The notes under the pieces: generated by a model
Told to the model about the DNA's origin: nothing
Database searches by the model: none
What the model saw: only the letters and a program-made list of their open reading frames with translations
Made by a program: the position numbers and the translations under genes
IMG/VR virus record: IMGVR_UViG_3300031840_000582
Coordinates: 2,858-66,857 of that record
Length of the DNA: 64,000 nt
Direction: 5' to 3' (one strand)
Source: a virus
Shown: piece by piece, positions 63,871-64,000 of the stretch
How the letters are laid out: each line of letters begins with the position of its first letter
How positions within the stretch are numbered: position 1 is the first letter of the stretch

Positions 63871-64000
63871 ATGGCAAGAGCTAAGAAGCAAAAGTCTAAC
63901 GAGTACTTAGAGTCATACATAGAGTTGACTCGGAATGTATACTTACACCCTGGATTTATGAATCCGGGTACGCTAACTGGTAGGCTTTCCGGGAGGAATC
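63871..64000 (+). CDS. 3'-truncated ORF with a PolA-like motif near its N-terminus
   Basis: MARAKKQKSNEYLESYIELTRNVYLHPGFMNPGTLTGRLSGRN resembles the PolA KxxxTY...HPxF...GTxTGRLS segment. Confidence 0.45.
   Translation, partial: MARAKKQKSNEYLESYIELTRNVYLHPGFMNPGTLTGRLSGRN

Noticed and set aside
1-64000. Stop-codon reassignment as in some large phages
   Set aside because: Genes are full length and tightly packed under code 11, with TAA, TAG and TGA all used as stops.
1-64000. CRISPR array, tRNA genes, introns, inteins, diversity-generating retroelement
   Set aside because: By eye I saw no repeat-spacer array, cloverleaf, intein termini or reverse transcriptase. The intergenic gaps are too short for most of these.

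Overview
The window is a 64-kb segment of a large, T4-related myovirus (jumbo-type) genome. About 60 genes are densely packed on the + strand and use the standard genetic code. In order, it carries: large baseplate/tail proteins; an HNH homing endonuclease; RuvC-like resolvase and primase; a cluster of small proteins sharing an 'L-K-x-I-I-K-E-E' leader; an Mre11-Rad50 (gp47-gp46) fusion; a putative holin/spanin-like cassette; terminase, portal, prohead protease; a fibre operon with an RMT2/GAMT-like methyltransferase; ribosomal protein bS21; scaffold, major capsid, neck, sheath, tube, tail chaperone, tape measure, baseplate hub; then a short family-A DNA polymerase, a tubulin/FtsZ-like protein, a gp32-like SSB and small membrane proteins. 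Two promoter classes are visible: near-consensus sigma70 promoters before replication genes, often inside the upstream CDS, and an ACTANTTA motif before structural genes. The most interesting candidates are: a leader-tagged capsid cargo family including a pre-toxin-TG-like protein; the RMT2-like methyltransferase next to bS21; an RF2-like +1 frameshift in the tail chaperone; strong [ST]-[GAS]-[ST] enrichment in virion proteins; a repeated covarying intergenic RNA element; and a mini/split PolA with tubulin. All assignments come from motif recognition by eye; no database searches were run.
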